Both the position numbers and the translations under genes were made by a program. A stretch of DNA of 64,000 bases from Spizellomyces punctatus DAOM BR117 (taxonomy: Eukaryota): the NCBI GenBank assembly GCA_000182565.2, contig KQ257455.1; one strand, 5' to 3'. Positions 49,703 to 62,984 of the stretch are shown here, one piece after another. The notes below the pieces were generated by a model that worked only from the letters and a program-made list of their open reading frames with translations, was not told where the DNA came from and made no database searches. The stretch's first letter is position 1, and every line of letters begins with the position of its first letter.

Positions 49703-51741
49703 ATGGCGGAAATTCTGCAATCCAACTACATAGGCGATGAGCACATTGGCCATACAACGAGCGATAGGAAATTAGAGGAGGAGAATGCTGCGACCTGCTT
49801 GAGGTACAAGAACCTTAATCCCTCAAAGGCATCGCTCTTCAAACCTGGTTTCGAGCCAACCCAGCATACCAGAACGTGTGGTACCATCGCAATATGTTTT
49901 GAAGTTTTCACCATTATCGTTTGCCTGGGTACCTATGTCATCGGATCACAAGGCTATCTTAAAGTCGCTGCCTTTGATACTTTTTTCACAAAATCCATAG
50001 GGGGATTTATGGTCGGAGTCGTTGTGCAGATAGCTTTAGTTGCACCATTGAAGCTTGGCCGTAAAATGAGTCAGATATGGTTTGGAAGGCGGCTATTGAA
50101 GGGAGGAATGAAGGTTAGAGAGTTGATTACAGCTTGGAGTCTGATTTATAGCAATTCGTATCGAGGGGTGGAGGATGTTTGGAGGGGTCTTAGCCCTATA
50201 GCTGGATTTCTCCTGCTCTTATACCTTGGTGAGATAATTGTGCTCGGTAGGTGGCCTGGATGTAGCGATTTGCTGTTGTTGAGACTACCCGAGTTATTCT
50301 TATTTTTTTGTTGCGAATTCCAGGCACAATTGGCTCGCTTTACTATACTGTGCCTATCTGGAACATGAAAGCCAGTGGACCTATGCCATACTTCACATTT
50401 CCCAATGTGACTCCTACTACGGTCGATGAAGCCGGTTTTGCAATGGATTGCAGTCAGCGTGCGGGCGTGTCTGTCGGACGCTTGCTGGATCCTCTTGTTC
50501 GACAAGGGATCCTAGTTCCCAATTCCACGTACGCGCAATGCGATTCCACCCACTGCACTGCATCGGAGACTGTGATTGTGTCAAGCTTTACCGTCCCATT
50601 CACCGGGCGAACGGCGGCTCCGGCGCCGATGATGGATTGGACAGATTTAAAACCTGGGAATATAGTGAAAGGGAAAATGACGTCCTTAACCGCCACTGCA
50701 GACTGCCGCCCCTCGAAACTCAACTTAACAGATTACGAATTGTATATTGACGTCGATGAAGGGCCTGCACAGTACTTGTACATCTTCAATCCCTGGGCTG
50801 TCACGAACCCAGCAATGCAAACCCCCCAATTGCAATTGCTGAGCCTTGCTGCAGAACAAACGGATCCATACGTGGCACCGAATGGACAGATGTACATCGG
50901 CATGATGGCCTACAATTTCCCGGAGAGTTTTGCGCATATGACTTGGAATCCTGACGTAGGTGGCAGAAATGCCAGCAGCGTCATCTGCACAATCGGAATC
51001 GAAACTGGCATCGCCAACGTAGAAGTTTTGATGGAACATCTGACCCCAACCCGGGTGGCCCGTATCCTGTCTGTCACGGAGATGTCACCACAGACGCCGT
51101 ATGACATGTCACCTGGCACTCCGGGGTATCTAGGAGCGTACTTCCTTGGGCAAACCTACGGATTCTTCTCGTGCGATATTTCCCCTTGTGATTTCACCGG
51201 TACCACACCACCTCCCTTTGATATGATGACAGGATTCTTCGACAGTACAGACGACGGTCATGGCTTTGTCTTGGATTATGACACTCAGATGGAGAAGTTT
51301 ACCGCGGCGCTGGTGAAGCTTACCGTCTCTGTTATGCCTGTTTTCCTAATTCCCGATGCGGATCCTTTACATGATCAGTCGACGTTAACGGTTTGGAGCA
51401 ACGACGTCGTGTCCATCATATACACAACCCTTGCATGCAACCTTCTCCTCCTCACGGGATCTTTGAGTGGGGTCTGTTTATTGATATTACACATTTTAAC
51501 GGGTTTGTGGACTCGGCGGGGCCCAAACAGTAAATATTGGACCACGTTTGGACCCACTTTCTGGATGACGGAATCTGTATATGCACTGTTGCAAGCATTG
51601 CATTTAACCGAACTCGTTAATCCTCCAAGCTTAACGCAGGTGCCTCCCAAAACCTTGAAAAAGGCACTCACCAATGAGTATTTAATTGTGGGTGCTATCG
51701 ACAGCAGTGGTGCTTTGTCAGTAGATGTTAAACAGAAGTAG
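49703..51741 (+). CDS. Uncharacterised membrane protein (N-terminal TM helices, Cys/Thr/Pro-rich luminal region, C-terminal TM)
   Basis: ORFs 49676-50368 and 50308-51741 join in frame through a GT-AG intron 50229-50323. Hydrophobic segments at both ends. Confidence 0.65.
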
Positions 51742-52216
51742 GTTTAGCGAACATCGACCCAGTGTTTCAATAAACCTGACGCTTGACTAGGAGGGTCAAT
51801 ATATTAGAGAAAAACCATAGATAGGACAAACGGGTATATAATAATAATTTAGAATCGAAATTCTCATGTATACAATGCACACTGAGCGAATCCGGAATGC
51901 AAAGGCACAGTCGTAACGGATATGATACACAGCGGGGTATTCTCTTGCTTTCACAAAAACAGAACAACATACAACAAATGAACAAACACAAACCTCAACA
52001 AGATGCACATTCAAAGAAAAACATTCAAGGAACAACGTGCACTGTCGAGGTCTTCGAATCAATAAATACAATGGAAGAACACAGCAGAAGAAAAAAACAA
52101 AATGTACTGGAGAGCCCTATCAACAAAACATCCACCGACAAGCTCCACTCAAATGAATCACGGAAGTCCTCATGGCCGCCAATCGATTTTGCTTTGACGA
52201 GCGCCGATAATGCTCG

Positions 52217-55200
52217 TCAAGCCGCTGTTTTTGTCGCTGGCAAATGAGGTGATAGACCAGGATGTCCGGAACCAATGACAGGTGTTGGACCGTTCTCCTT
52301 GTCGCTCGGATTGGCGCTATCAGTATTCGGTGGCACCCCTTGGATGACCGTTGACGTCGTTGGCGTGCCAGGAACAGAGGTGCCTGCTTTCGCAAGCTGG
52401 TGCAGTTGGGCCGGAGAGTTGGCTACGCCTGATGTGTTGTCCGTACCTTGACTGGCGGACTGGGCAGCGCTCATTGACGTGTTATAGGCAATCCCGTTGA
52501 TCCCTGCGATACCATTGGCAGCAGGCACGCCGTTGATTCCTGCATCTGAGACCGTTGGCAGAGCACCGGCTGCCACCGCCTTGAGTTTTTGCTGATTCAA
52601 AAGATGCTGTTGAAGGCTGATGGACCCGGGCGATAGATGGCTTTGTTGTTGTTGCTGTTGCTGGTGTTGTTGCTGCTGCTGGGCCAAGTATGCTTGAACC
52701 TGAGCAGGGGTAAGCTGTGTATTCTGAATCGCTCCGAGGGTGGCTTGATTAAGCCCTCCCATCCTGAGACTCGTTTGCATTGCCACTTGGGCTCTGGCTT
52801 GCTGTTGAATAGTGATGGGACTCATTGGACTGTTCAGATGTTGATAGTAAAAGAGCTGCTGCGCGGTGAAGCCGTTGGGAGTGGGTGATATAAGTCCGGG
52901 AGTGAGGTTGGACGCCTGTTGTTGCTGTTGCTGTGGCTGCTGTTGAGTCTGCTGTAGTGCTGGCTGTTGTTGGGTTTGCTGTTGTTGGCGTTGCTGCTGT
53001 TGCTGCTGCGCGATCTGTTGCTGCTGAAGTAGGCGGTATTGTTGTTGCAGGCGCAGCTGCTGCTGCAGGTGCTGCTGCTTGGCCTGGTTGTTGAGAACTG
53101 CGGCATTGAGGTTGTTTGCGACAACCTGTTGTACAGTCGTCCCTTGCATACCGGGATGATTTGCCAAGGATACCGATCCTTGACCCATCATGTTTGTACC
53201 GGTGGCAAATGACGTGGCGAGCCTTGGTGACGGAGAGGCCTGCACATTTGTCGCCGCTGTAACAGAGGTAGTCGGAGCCATCAAAGGCGTTCCCATATTA
53301 CCATTTGGTAAGCTCGTGGCACTCGGAATCGGGGAAACGGTGGAAGCGGACACGGTTGACGCGGCAAGCCCTACGGCTGCGCTGGAAGGCACCGGTGTTC
53401 CGCCATTGGCCGATGCCATGTGCATCTGCTGTTGCTGTTGAGCAAGCGCGGCCTGCTGGGCGGCTTGTATTTGCGCGTAATGCTGTTGTGTTTGCTGCGC
53501 TTGGCGTTGAGCTTGCTGCATCATGGCTTTAATGATCGTTTGCTTGGGATCCAACTGTTCTTGCGCTTTCTTCTTCTGTGCGTTGACACTTGGCGGCTTC
53601 GCCGCTGGATCACCGACCTTAGTGAGCCGCTTCTTGGCCAGTCCATTTACGCCCATTGCACCAACAGCGGAGCCTGGCAACGGTACAGACTGAGTTCGTA
53701 CGACTTGAGGTGGTGGTGGTGGTACTTCCTCAGCACGCTGTGCAGCTGTAAGCGGTTGTGGTGCAATTTGCTTTGGGTGCGCGGGTCGATTCATCAGAGA
53801 AAGAATCTCATCTTCTCCCTTCGGGCCAATGTTAAATACCCGATATGCAATTGCGCTACAGTTGGTCGTTAGAAAAATACAGACTAAGCCGTTGACAAAA
53901 AGCCTGTTCTGAAACAAACCTTGCACTATCATCCAGATCCACGACAGACTCTTCATCAACTTCATCGTCGCTATTGTCAAATCGCCAACGTTGGGCAGAA
54001 GCTCCCAAGGCTTCAACCTCGGCGACCAGTTGCTGTAGTTTCCGATGTCGAAGACGAACACCCATTGGAAGCGTCTTCCCACCTGCATGGGACATCCACG
54101 CCTTCTGCTTCACATGTCGATCCAGTAAAATGCGCCCGCCTCTCCCCAAACGTCGTCGACCATATGCTACCCGGATGCAACTTTCTTCTTCATCTGAGGA
54201 GGCATCGCTGTGGAAAAGTAATGCTTGCAGATCGCGCCGCCAGTAACGTGCCGCTTGACTTCTTCGTGGTGGACGGTATGGGTTCTATGGAGAGCGTGAT
54301 CTAATGGTCAGCACATTTTCCTCAGTCAAGAGATCCACGAATATCGCATCATTACCTCTGTGATATCCGCCCATCCTTGACCCTCTTCCACCACCTTTTT
54401 TCGGCGAGCTTTTCCTTCAGGTGTTGACGAATCATAGTCGGCACCAGACTCATGCAGCTTACTTTCGATGGCCTGCACCATTTGCGCAGCTGACCTGATA
54501 GCGGCCGGAGGTATCCGTATCTTCTTGACAGGTTCGTCTCTGCAAAACGATCATATAAACGTGAGTTTGGAGAATTCGCCTAGCTGGCTCTGTATATCCC
54601 CACATACCGAGAGTCAACCCCCTTCAGCTTTTTACGACGCACGTCCGGACTGACATCGCTTTCCTTCTCGGATGTTACAATACCAAGTTTCTTTTTGAGT
54701 CGTCGAACAAGAACTCTTTGTTCGAATATCAAATGCTCCAGTACGATGCTCTCCTTCCTGGCCGCTTCCCGATTTGTGATCATCTCGAGAATTTGCTTGG
54801 CCCGGTTCATTTCGTCTCGAAGACGACGAAGTTTTTCCAGAGAATGGGTGTCCGTCCGTCGCGGTCGTCGAAGAGTCTTGACTTCTCGTCGCCTAAAGCA
54901 GACGTACGGGTCATTGTCTGGTTTCAACAACCAATCTTCAGAAAGCTGCGTGTATATGCAATTGAGTATTCCACCAAGCCATTTCGCTTCAATAACACAA
55001 AGATTGCTACCTTTAGCTTTGGTTGGACTGCTTGCCCGCCCCGCACAACATAGCGGCGATGTCTCCAATGTGGATATACCGCAGAGATAGCTGCTGTTTG
55101 TGCCATTAGACTCGGCTCCTCCCGGCTAATGAAGCGTTGGCACTCTTCCAACGTCGGTGGCTCGCCAGACACCTGTTTGCGATAAATGAATTCAGTATAC

Positions 55201-55963
55201 AGACAATTGTTGGACAGACATTGGAATTTCGAAATATACCTTATCATCCCCAGCAAGCTCCAGTGCCCACATAATATTTTCAAACTGAGCTTCATCCAGC
55301 TCTGCTTCCGGTGGCAATTCCCCATCGTCAATCTTTTGTCGATGTTCCGAAAGGAAAGTATCATCCACCTCGTCCAAATTGTAAGGACAGCCGATGACAT
55401 CTTCTATCCCAGTCGAAAACCGAATGAGTGACGGCGGTTGATGAAATGTACTAGAGTAAAAGCGACTGTAATCGCTAATGACTCTGGAGGCATCGGGTGT
55501 TGGGATGATAACCTGCTCGTGAATACGGCCCGTTTGATTGGCGATCAAGGCGGCCTGAAGATGGTGCTCCTAAATATGCAAGGTGTCATGTCAATATCCA
55601 TGGCCAACAATATATATTTTCTAATGGTCCAACGATGAAGCATAAATAATTCAACGACCGAACGCGATCATAAAGTCCGACGCGCCACTATGCATGTCAT
55701 CAAAGGGGAAATTTTTTTCCAATGATTGGGCCCCAGCGTGGCAACCAAGGGCGAAATGGCGATGAAGGCAATGCATAAACTCAATTAACAGCAAGACTAA
55801 CCTCTTCCTCCTCCTTCTCTACACCAGTAGCAACTTGTAGTATGGCCCTGTTGAGAGAGGATGACTCGTCCAGGTCGGGAACCTCATGGTAGCGGTAGAC
55901 TAGGAGGGCTTTCTTCACGTCGACCTTACGTGACCTCAGGCCCGCAGTCTGTCCTGACACCAT
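52217..55963 (-). CDS. EPL1: Enhancer of polycomb (NuA4 subunit) with a Q-rich C-terminus
   Basis: LRSRKVDVKKAL..TGVEKEEEEEHHLQ, IPTPDA, CPYNLDEVD, DPYVCFRRRE..LEKLRRLR, RRRLGRGGRILLDR. Confidence 0.93.
52640..53530 (-). repeat. CAG/CAA polyglutamine tracts in EPL1
   Basis: Several (TGC/TGT)n runs on the plus strand encoding polyQ. Confidence 0.85.
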
Positions 55964-56421
55964 GTCGAGGGTAGGGGAAATGTCGCGAGATTACTTTTCT
56001 GGAGGGCTCATGAGATGCGCAGACGGCGTGGCTACTTGGTGCCCTAGGGTATCGAGGGTGGTTATTCTACTCCTGTCCGTGTCAAAATCGGTTGCAAATG
56101 GCGGTTATTCTCGTCGTGTTTTCTTTGGCCGTCGTCGTTTGTTTTGAATATGCGCGGGAAGGCTCTTTTCGTAATAATGATAAGAGAATACAAATCACAT
56201 TGATTGGAGGAAAAAAAAGGGGAGCGCGTTTTTCGTCCTTTGGGGGAAGTTTCAAAGGGTCGAACCGCTCGTTGTTGCCATGGTGATTTGGACGACTGCG
56301 GAGGGATGATAAAGGGGATTGTAAATGAGATGATAAATAGGTGATATTCCTTTTGCCCAACAACAAGGAGAGCTGGTGACTCGGACGGTGGTTGTCTCCA
56401 TCTAACTTTGTCATCGTTTCA

Positions 56422-58633
56422 ATGGAGCAAGATCTCTCCACCGTCTTGAACGACACGACCGACGGCGACGGTGCCATGGCCGACAGCCACTACGACACTC
56501 GGGAGGACAGGGATTCTCGCGATGTGCGCGAGAGAGATAGAGACTCGCGTGATGTACGAGAGAGGGACTCGGGTGCTGGTAGTTCACGCAACGGTTACCT
56601 GTCTCCCAAAAAGGAGGGTGGATCTGGACCTGATGCAGCGCCTGCTCCTCCCGCAGAGCATTATGGCCGATCTCGGTCTCCTGGTCGTGAAAGATATGGA
56701 TCATCTCGTCGAACTCCCTACGACCGGCCCGGTGGTGACAGTGCGTATTGGGCACATTTATCCACTACTGAAAGGATTGGAGCTAACCTGAAAATGACTG
56801 ATAATTCAAGGTCATGGTGGAGGCTCTTCAAAGTATTCCGCTGGACGACGTGATCCAAACCGTCCTCCGTCAAAGAAAGAATGCAGGGTCTATGTTGGAA
56901 ACTTGGCATATGAAGTGGGATGGCAAGATTTGAAAGACTTTATGCGCAAAGGTGTGAATATATTGTCCGGTGAGGCCATTACCTTTGACGCTGATGGATC
57001 GGCAAAATTGTAGCTGGCGAAGTTGTGTTTGCCGATATCCTCACCGGCCCTGGTGGACGCTCAAAGGTGACCCTCGGCAATCGGAGTCTGTGGAGGTGTG
57101 TGTGGAGGCAGGTAAACTGATCATAGAATCACACAATCAGGGTTGCGGTGTGGTTGAATATGCGGCTATTGAGGAAGCTCAAAAGGCAATTAAGGAGCTA
57201 AATGACACTCCTCTAATGGGGCGTCCAGTCTTTATTCGAGAGGTACAGGACATAACGCATTGGAAAGAAAACGTGCAACTGGAACTAAAAGGAGGCTGTT
57301 ATAGGATCGGGAGCAGGAGGCGAAATTTGGCTCCCTTGGTCCTACAAAAAGGATGGATACTGCGGGCCGCCAAATTTTTGTAAATAATGTAAGTCAGCTT
57401 CTTGAAACAAATCTGCGTGTGTCGTTACCTGATAAAGATTCTAGCTGCCATACATTGTTGCTTGGCAAGATTTGAAAGATCTTTTCCGTCAAGCTGGTAA
57501 GTTCACTTTATCTTGATTGCTCGCTGTGTATCTTGTCATAACCTCTTTTCGCTCGGAAACAGGTAGCGTTCTGAGAGCTGATGTAATGGAAGGACCGGAC
57601 CGGCGATCGAGAGGAATGGGTGTTGTCCTGTTCGAAACTGCTGAGGAAGCGCATCATGCGATATGTACGTGTTACGGATAGGGTAACATACCTTGAACCC
57701 GAATAGCTCCCATTAGCCGATCCAAGATTCTCGATTGTCGTCGTAGGACTTTCGCTATTAATGGATGGCCGTGAGGGTGGTCGGTCTGGCAAAAGCGGGG
57801 CTTATGCGACGTCTAGAGATGCTGGTTTTCGGAGGGCGGTTTCGGGTTTGAGTATGGTGGTTTTGGTTTTGGGTCGTGCGCTGGTGATAACATTCTTTCG
57901 GCTTTTCTCTGGGTTAGCTACTTTCGACGGGTACGAATGGCATGGGAGACGGTTGGAAGTGCGTGAGGTGGGCATTTGCAGAATGATGGTTTGGTTTTGG
58001 TTAGGTCCAGGCGCACCGAAGCTTGTTTCGCTTTGAGCGTTACAAGTCCTCGGTTCGCCTGGGATCCTGCAGAAAGTGGCGGGTAATAACTGGCTCTGTA
58101 TTTGTTGGGGGTTGCTTGATATGTAGGATCGACATGGTGGGGCGCCGATGGGGCGAGGTCCTCCGCCGTCGTACGGTGGCCCGCGGGGCTATGACAGACC
58201 TTCACCGCGGGGATATGATTCTAGGGACTATTACGGTGGCGGTTACGATAGTTATGGTCCGCGAGACTACTATGGCGGTGGTTACGATGGCTATGGCGGC
58301 GGCTATGGTGGCTACGGTGGATACTACGACCGAGGCTACGGAGGAGGTCCAGATTATGGCCCGGGCGGTAAGCGTTTCGGGAATACTGTGGACATTGCTG
58401 CTTTCGGGCCCCTTTTTTAATCATTTTATCTGACAGGTTCAGCACCGCCCCACCGGAACGACTATTACAAAGACTACCCTCCCCCACCCCCACCTCCTGG
58501 GACAGGCGCATATGCACCAGAAGGACGCTCCTATGGCGAACGCCCTTACGGTGGAGATGGACGTGGTTATGGTGATCGCTCTGGGTACCATGACCCTTCT
58601 CGTAGCGGTGGCTACGGTGATTACCATCGCTGA
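56422..58633 (+). CDS. Gbp2/Hrb1/hnRNP-M-like RRM protein with RD/RS-rich N-terminus and GY/RG-rich tail (start 56422 or 56476)
   Basis: [40 protein letters not shown] and [34 protein letters not shown]. Confidence 0.88.
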
Positions 58634-59005
58634 ACTCGCTGGTTGCAACGCTTGTACTAATCTTTTGATGTGGAGTTGAATGCTGCTGAGTTTGGGCCCA
58701 TTATTTGGCTAAATGTGGGGATGGCGAACAACCAAAATGCATAGCAATAACTGCGTATATTCCGCTGTCTAAGTGTATGTTTGTTTGATATCTGTTGGTG
58801 CGACTTCTGTGTACTTGTTCCTTGATCTTTTGCAAAATACACACGTTCGTTCAAATCTCAAGCGATATAGTGTTGCCATGTCAACGGAGTACACGTGATC
58901 ACTCCTGGGGTCACATCCAACACGGCAGTTGGTACGACAGGTCTCTCTCTCTTTCCGCGGTTGTTTAGTGAAGTGCCGTCGAGCTCCTCCTAGAATACTG
59001 ACAAG

Positions 59006-59923
59006 ATGGTGAGTATGCGGAAGGAGGACGGGGCTGGTTGTGGTTGACAAAGTGGAGATTGGTGGAAATGGACGGATGGATGGATAGATGGATGGATGGG
59101 TATCCGGGTGGAAGGAATTGACGAGTGATGACTTGCCCATTTTTCATGTGCACATTTCTGGATACGAAACAGAAAGACTGAGTATGACGATCCATGGTGG
59201 TCTGGTTCTTGCTGATGAGGAGAAGACAGCCTTGCCTTTCATCATTTGGAGTATTTTGAGATCTCGAATGCCGCTGAGTTTCTTGTACAAGTCGACGATT
59301 GCTAGTCAAATGTCAGATTTGAGACTTGCCTTTGGACTATCATGACGAATTGGTGGAGACTGATAGAATGATTGGCAGAATATTTATACCTAGCCTTGTC
59401 TTCTTACGGTAAATTCTTCGTTCCTGTCAGGGTCGCGTGCGTACCAAGACCGTGAAGAAGGCCGCTCGGGTCATCATCGAAAAGTATTATCCCCGCCTTA
59501 CCCTCGACTTCCAGACCAACAAGAAGATTGCCGATGAAGTCGCCATCATTGCCTCCAAGCGTCTTCGCAACAAGATTGCTGGATTTACCACCCACTTGAT
59601 GAAGCGTATTCAGCGTGGACCCGTCCGTGGTATCTCTTTCAAGCTTCAGGAGGAGGAGCGTGAGCGGAAGGACCAGTTTGTGCCTGAGGTCTCTGCTCTT
59701 GCTGTTGAGACTATCGAGATTGACCCCGACACAAACGTAAGACATTATTTGTGAGCTACAGTGTGCCGTGGTGCATTTGTTTATTTTTTCAATCTTGCAG
59801 GCGCTTCTCAAGGCCTTGAACATGGAGAACATTCCTGGTCTCCAAGTCAATGCCAGCAACCAGAGCGCTGTTCAGGAGCGTATCCCCGGTGCCAACTTCC
59901 GTGAGAACCGCCGCCGCCAATAG
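59006..59923 (+). CDS. RPS17: 40S ribosomal protein eS17
   Basis: ATG-only first coding exon (59006-59008), intron 59009-59430, then [56 protein letters not shown]. Strong codon bias. Confidence 0.98.
59067..59100 (+). repeat. Imperfect (GGAT)n microsatellite in the RPS17 intron
   Basis: ATGGACGGATGGATGGATAGATGGATGGATGG. Confidence 0.8.
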
Positions 59924-60809
59924 GCGCTTGTTGAATTGTGGAAGTGTTTGGTGGCTGGTTGTTGGACGAGAGTCAACTCAAAAGTGCTAGTGGGGACCTC
60001 GGATTCATCTCATCTAGAGATGGATTTTATTGGCAACTTTTGCGGGGCTCGTAGAATTTGACGATAATGGCGCATTGTACATTTGTCTTTCGAGGTTTTT
60101 TTCCCACATCCGTTGAATACATGCTGTATTGTATTATTTGCCGCTGTCTGTTGCTACTGGTATCCAGTCGTTGACAAGAATGCCTATCGCTATTTCGACT
60201 GGTTCAGCAATGGGAATAGTCGCCACAAGAGAGATTTTGAGCTCGCACCAGTCTTGATATCCATTCTCTTCATTGTAGAGTGAAGGCTGATTGAATGAAC
60301 CCAGCAGCAAATTGCTAATGGGTGTGCATAGATCAACATGTCGTTCCAGTAAGCCCGATCTCTGGTTATGTAAGCATCGGAGAAAATTCATAAACCATTC
60401 CATGCGATGCATTTGCCATATGCTGTGTCGTCATTTCCCCTTTGCTTTTGTGGGGTGCGATCCTCAGTTTGAACATTACACGAGTCATTCAATGTTGGGA
60501 GGTGGGAAATCTAACAGCCAGTCTTTGTGGAAATGAGTTGTTACAAGCTATTAATAGCGAGATAACAATAATGGATGAACCTTTCAGCCCTTCTTATGTG
60601 TTATTTATAGCGTATTCTATTCGTGATCTGCACCCACGACCAAGGTATCCCCATGTTTTCCCCAATTGGGCCCATATCTGCAGGGGCGTTCTTACCGTTC
60701 CTTATTCAACATTTCTCATTAAAGAAAACGCTCTTCATCACCTCAATTTTTCCTTTAACGAGGGGTTTTGTCGACGAACGAGCCATCTGGAGAAAGATCA
60801 GTTTCCACC

Positions 60810-61845
60810 ATGTTAATCCCAGTTCCACAGACGGACCGTCAACTATTCTTGGCAGCTTCGTATGTTTTGGACATGTTTGTGTTTTACGAGTATGCGACCA
60901 CTTGGAAGCGACCACCTCCGCCTATGCGACGGCCGCATACTGAAAAGACTGCCTTGTCGAGATGGATGTTATGGATTCACATAATCGGAGGTTTTGCTGA
61001 GGTTGGTTTACAGTTTTGCTTTTTTTCTTTTGTTGCAAATGGGATAGCAAGTTAACGTTGACATGGGGGTTTTTTTTTTGTTTTAGTTGTATGGAGGTTT
61101 ATTCGCTCTTCTCTTGCCTCGACATTGGCGTAGCGCATACCATTTCACACAGCTCACCTTTTTGTCGGCGGCAATCATTCAAGTGCCAACATCCCTCTTT
61201 TTCGTACCCTCAGTAGCCGGTGTCAAAACACTCATGCATCCCGGCTACATTTGTGTTTCTGCAATGCACATGTACGTTGCAGTGTCCGGTCTATGGCAAA
61301 TGTACACTGGGACAGCGTTCCCTACCGATCAACTGGAGGCTACAGTTGCGATTTTACACACTTATGCATGGGTTCGGATGTTTTACTGGTTGCTAAAGTA
61401 TCTGGTTGGGGACGAGCGTAAACTCTTGACTACGGTCATTTATACATTTTCGGTGACTATGGCGGGGCTTTTGACTGTTTCGCATGTGTTTGGTCCCAAG
61501 GGGAATGGATTGTTGGTCTCAGGGTGGGTGCTATGGGGGGCGATTGGGACGAAATGGTTGGGAGTGTACAGGAAGGAAATGGAAGGAATGACTGGGTCGA
61601 CCGGGCGGATTATTCGAGCGCAAACGAGAAGAGGTAGTCGTCGGGTTTCTACTCTTCACATCTCGTTCCCTGGGCCTATTCGACGGGAACGCCTACGCTC
61701 GAAAACTTCATCGGTGCGCCATTCTCCCATTGACACAGTAGCGCCAGAACTACCATTACCTTCGCCGGCCTCGTCACCAACGGGGATAGACTCGGCGGTT
61801 GACGTTCGACCCACAAAGCCTTTCGACGAGATTCCGCCTTCTTGA
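60810..61845 (+). CDS. Uncharacterised polytopic (about 7 TM) membrane protein
   Basis: ORFs 60768-61055 and 61087-61845 join through intron 61002-61086. About seven hydrophobic helices with intramembrane His residues. Confidence 0.7.
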
Positions 61846-62147
61846 GCCCTATGTCCCATGGGTTTTCCCCTTGTATTTGCCCCGATATAGAGTGTCATAT
61901 AGTTTTCAGTACCTAGAGCTGCTGACAGATGCGCAACCATTAGACAATTCAATACCGTAATATATACCATCTATTAGCATCAACTGTCTCAATTATCTAC
62001 TCCATAATACCTAAATGGAGCGCAACTACACTATGTACGATAAAGCACCCTGATAAAGTGCAAAAAAAAGAGGTCTATATAAAGTCAATTGTCTAACGTG
62101 CGGTGAAAAAACTCTAGTGACGATTGTGGTTTGAAGGGTAAGCGTGA

Positions 62148-62984
62148 TTACAACGACTCTTTGGATCGGTATGCGTTCCATTCTTTGTAGGTTGAGTATG
62201 ACTGTCAAAACAAAAGAAATTATAAGTACCACGATTCAGTGGGACATCCTAGCGCAACGTCAATGCACTTACCCAGAGCGCTGCTGAAAAGTACCCCGCA
62301 ACAATTCCAAATGTCAAACCGGGCAAGCTCTTGCCGTATTTATCCGCAAAACTAGATGAACAGTTTCCCCATCCTTTCTGCCTAAATATCTCGCAAGTTT
62401 CTTTGAGAGAGACAGATACGGACGATGCAGCCCAGAACATCAAGGCCATCATTGCAAGGGAGGCTACGCATTCGGCAATTATGTAGGTACGTTTTCGTGA
62501 TTGGTAGATAATCAAGCTCCGAGCATTGTAGGCCCCGATAACAATGGCCGCGATCGTACAGAAAACAGATTGGGTGATGGGAAGGGCACAGGAGGATTTG
62601 GGTCCTGTGGTGGAGATGTCCATGTTGAGTAGACAGACTATCTCTCCGTTACGTTGTTCCATGCCGTTAACCCCGATGGCAATAGCTAGTGATAGAGCTC
62701 CAATCTACAACATCCAAGGATGCAATCAGATGACCAAAGCCGCAACAAAGGAAACCCAACCCATGTTAAGTAGTAACCACAACCATGACACTTACGACGT
62801 GACCGGCGTGCAAACCAATGGCTTGCCACATTCTTGTCTTGGTGCTGGTGACAACACGCCATCGTGCACTCCACTCCTCCATGTCCGCGTCCGAGTTACG
62901 GTCTTCGGGTCTAGGGTTGAACATTGATGCGGCCTGTTGCTGGGGGGAAGAGGCTTCGTTATCCGTGCCAAATGTGCTGTACAT
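62148..62984 (-). CDS. Small 4-TM membrane protein, MARVEL-like
   Basis: Three exons, four hydrophobic segments, paired Cys in both loops (VCLL..SSCAL; TCEIF..GNCS). Confidence 0.6.

Noticed and set aside
49676-51741. Programmed frameshift between two overlapping ORFs
   Set aside because: A canonical GT-AG intron at 50229-50323 joins them in frame.
59160-59230. Hammerhead ribozyme (CGAAAC and CTGATGAG close together)
   Set aside because: Stem III is not followed by the required UH cleavage site, and stem II cannot extend beyond one pair.
59930-60800. Short ORFs between RPS17 and the 7-TM gene
   Set aside because: No recognisable domains or consistent splice structure.
60810-61845. Microbial rhodopsin
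   Set aside because: No DxxxK-type retinal-binding motif or helix-3 RYxDW-like motif.
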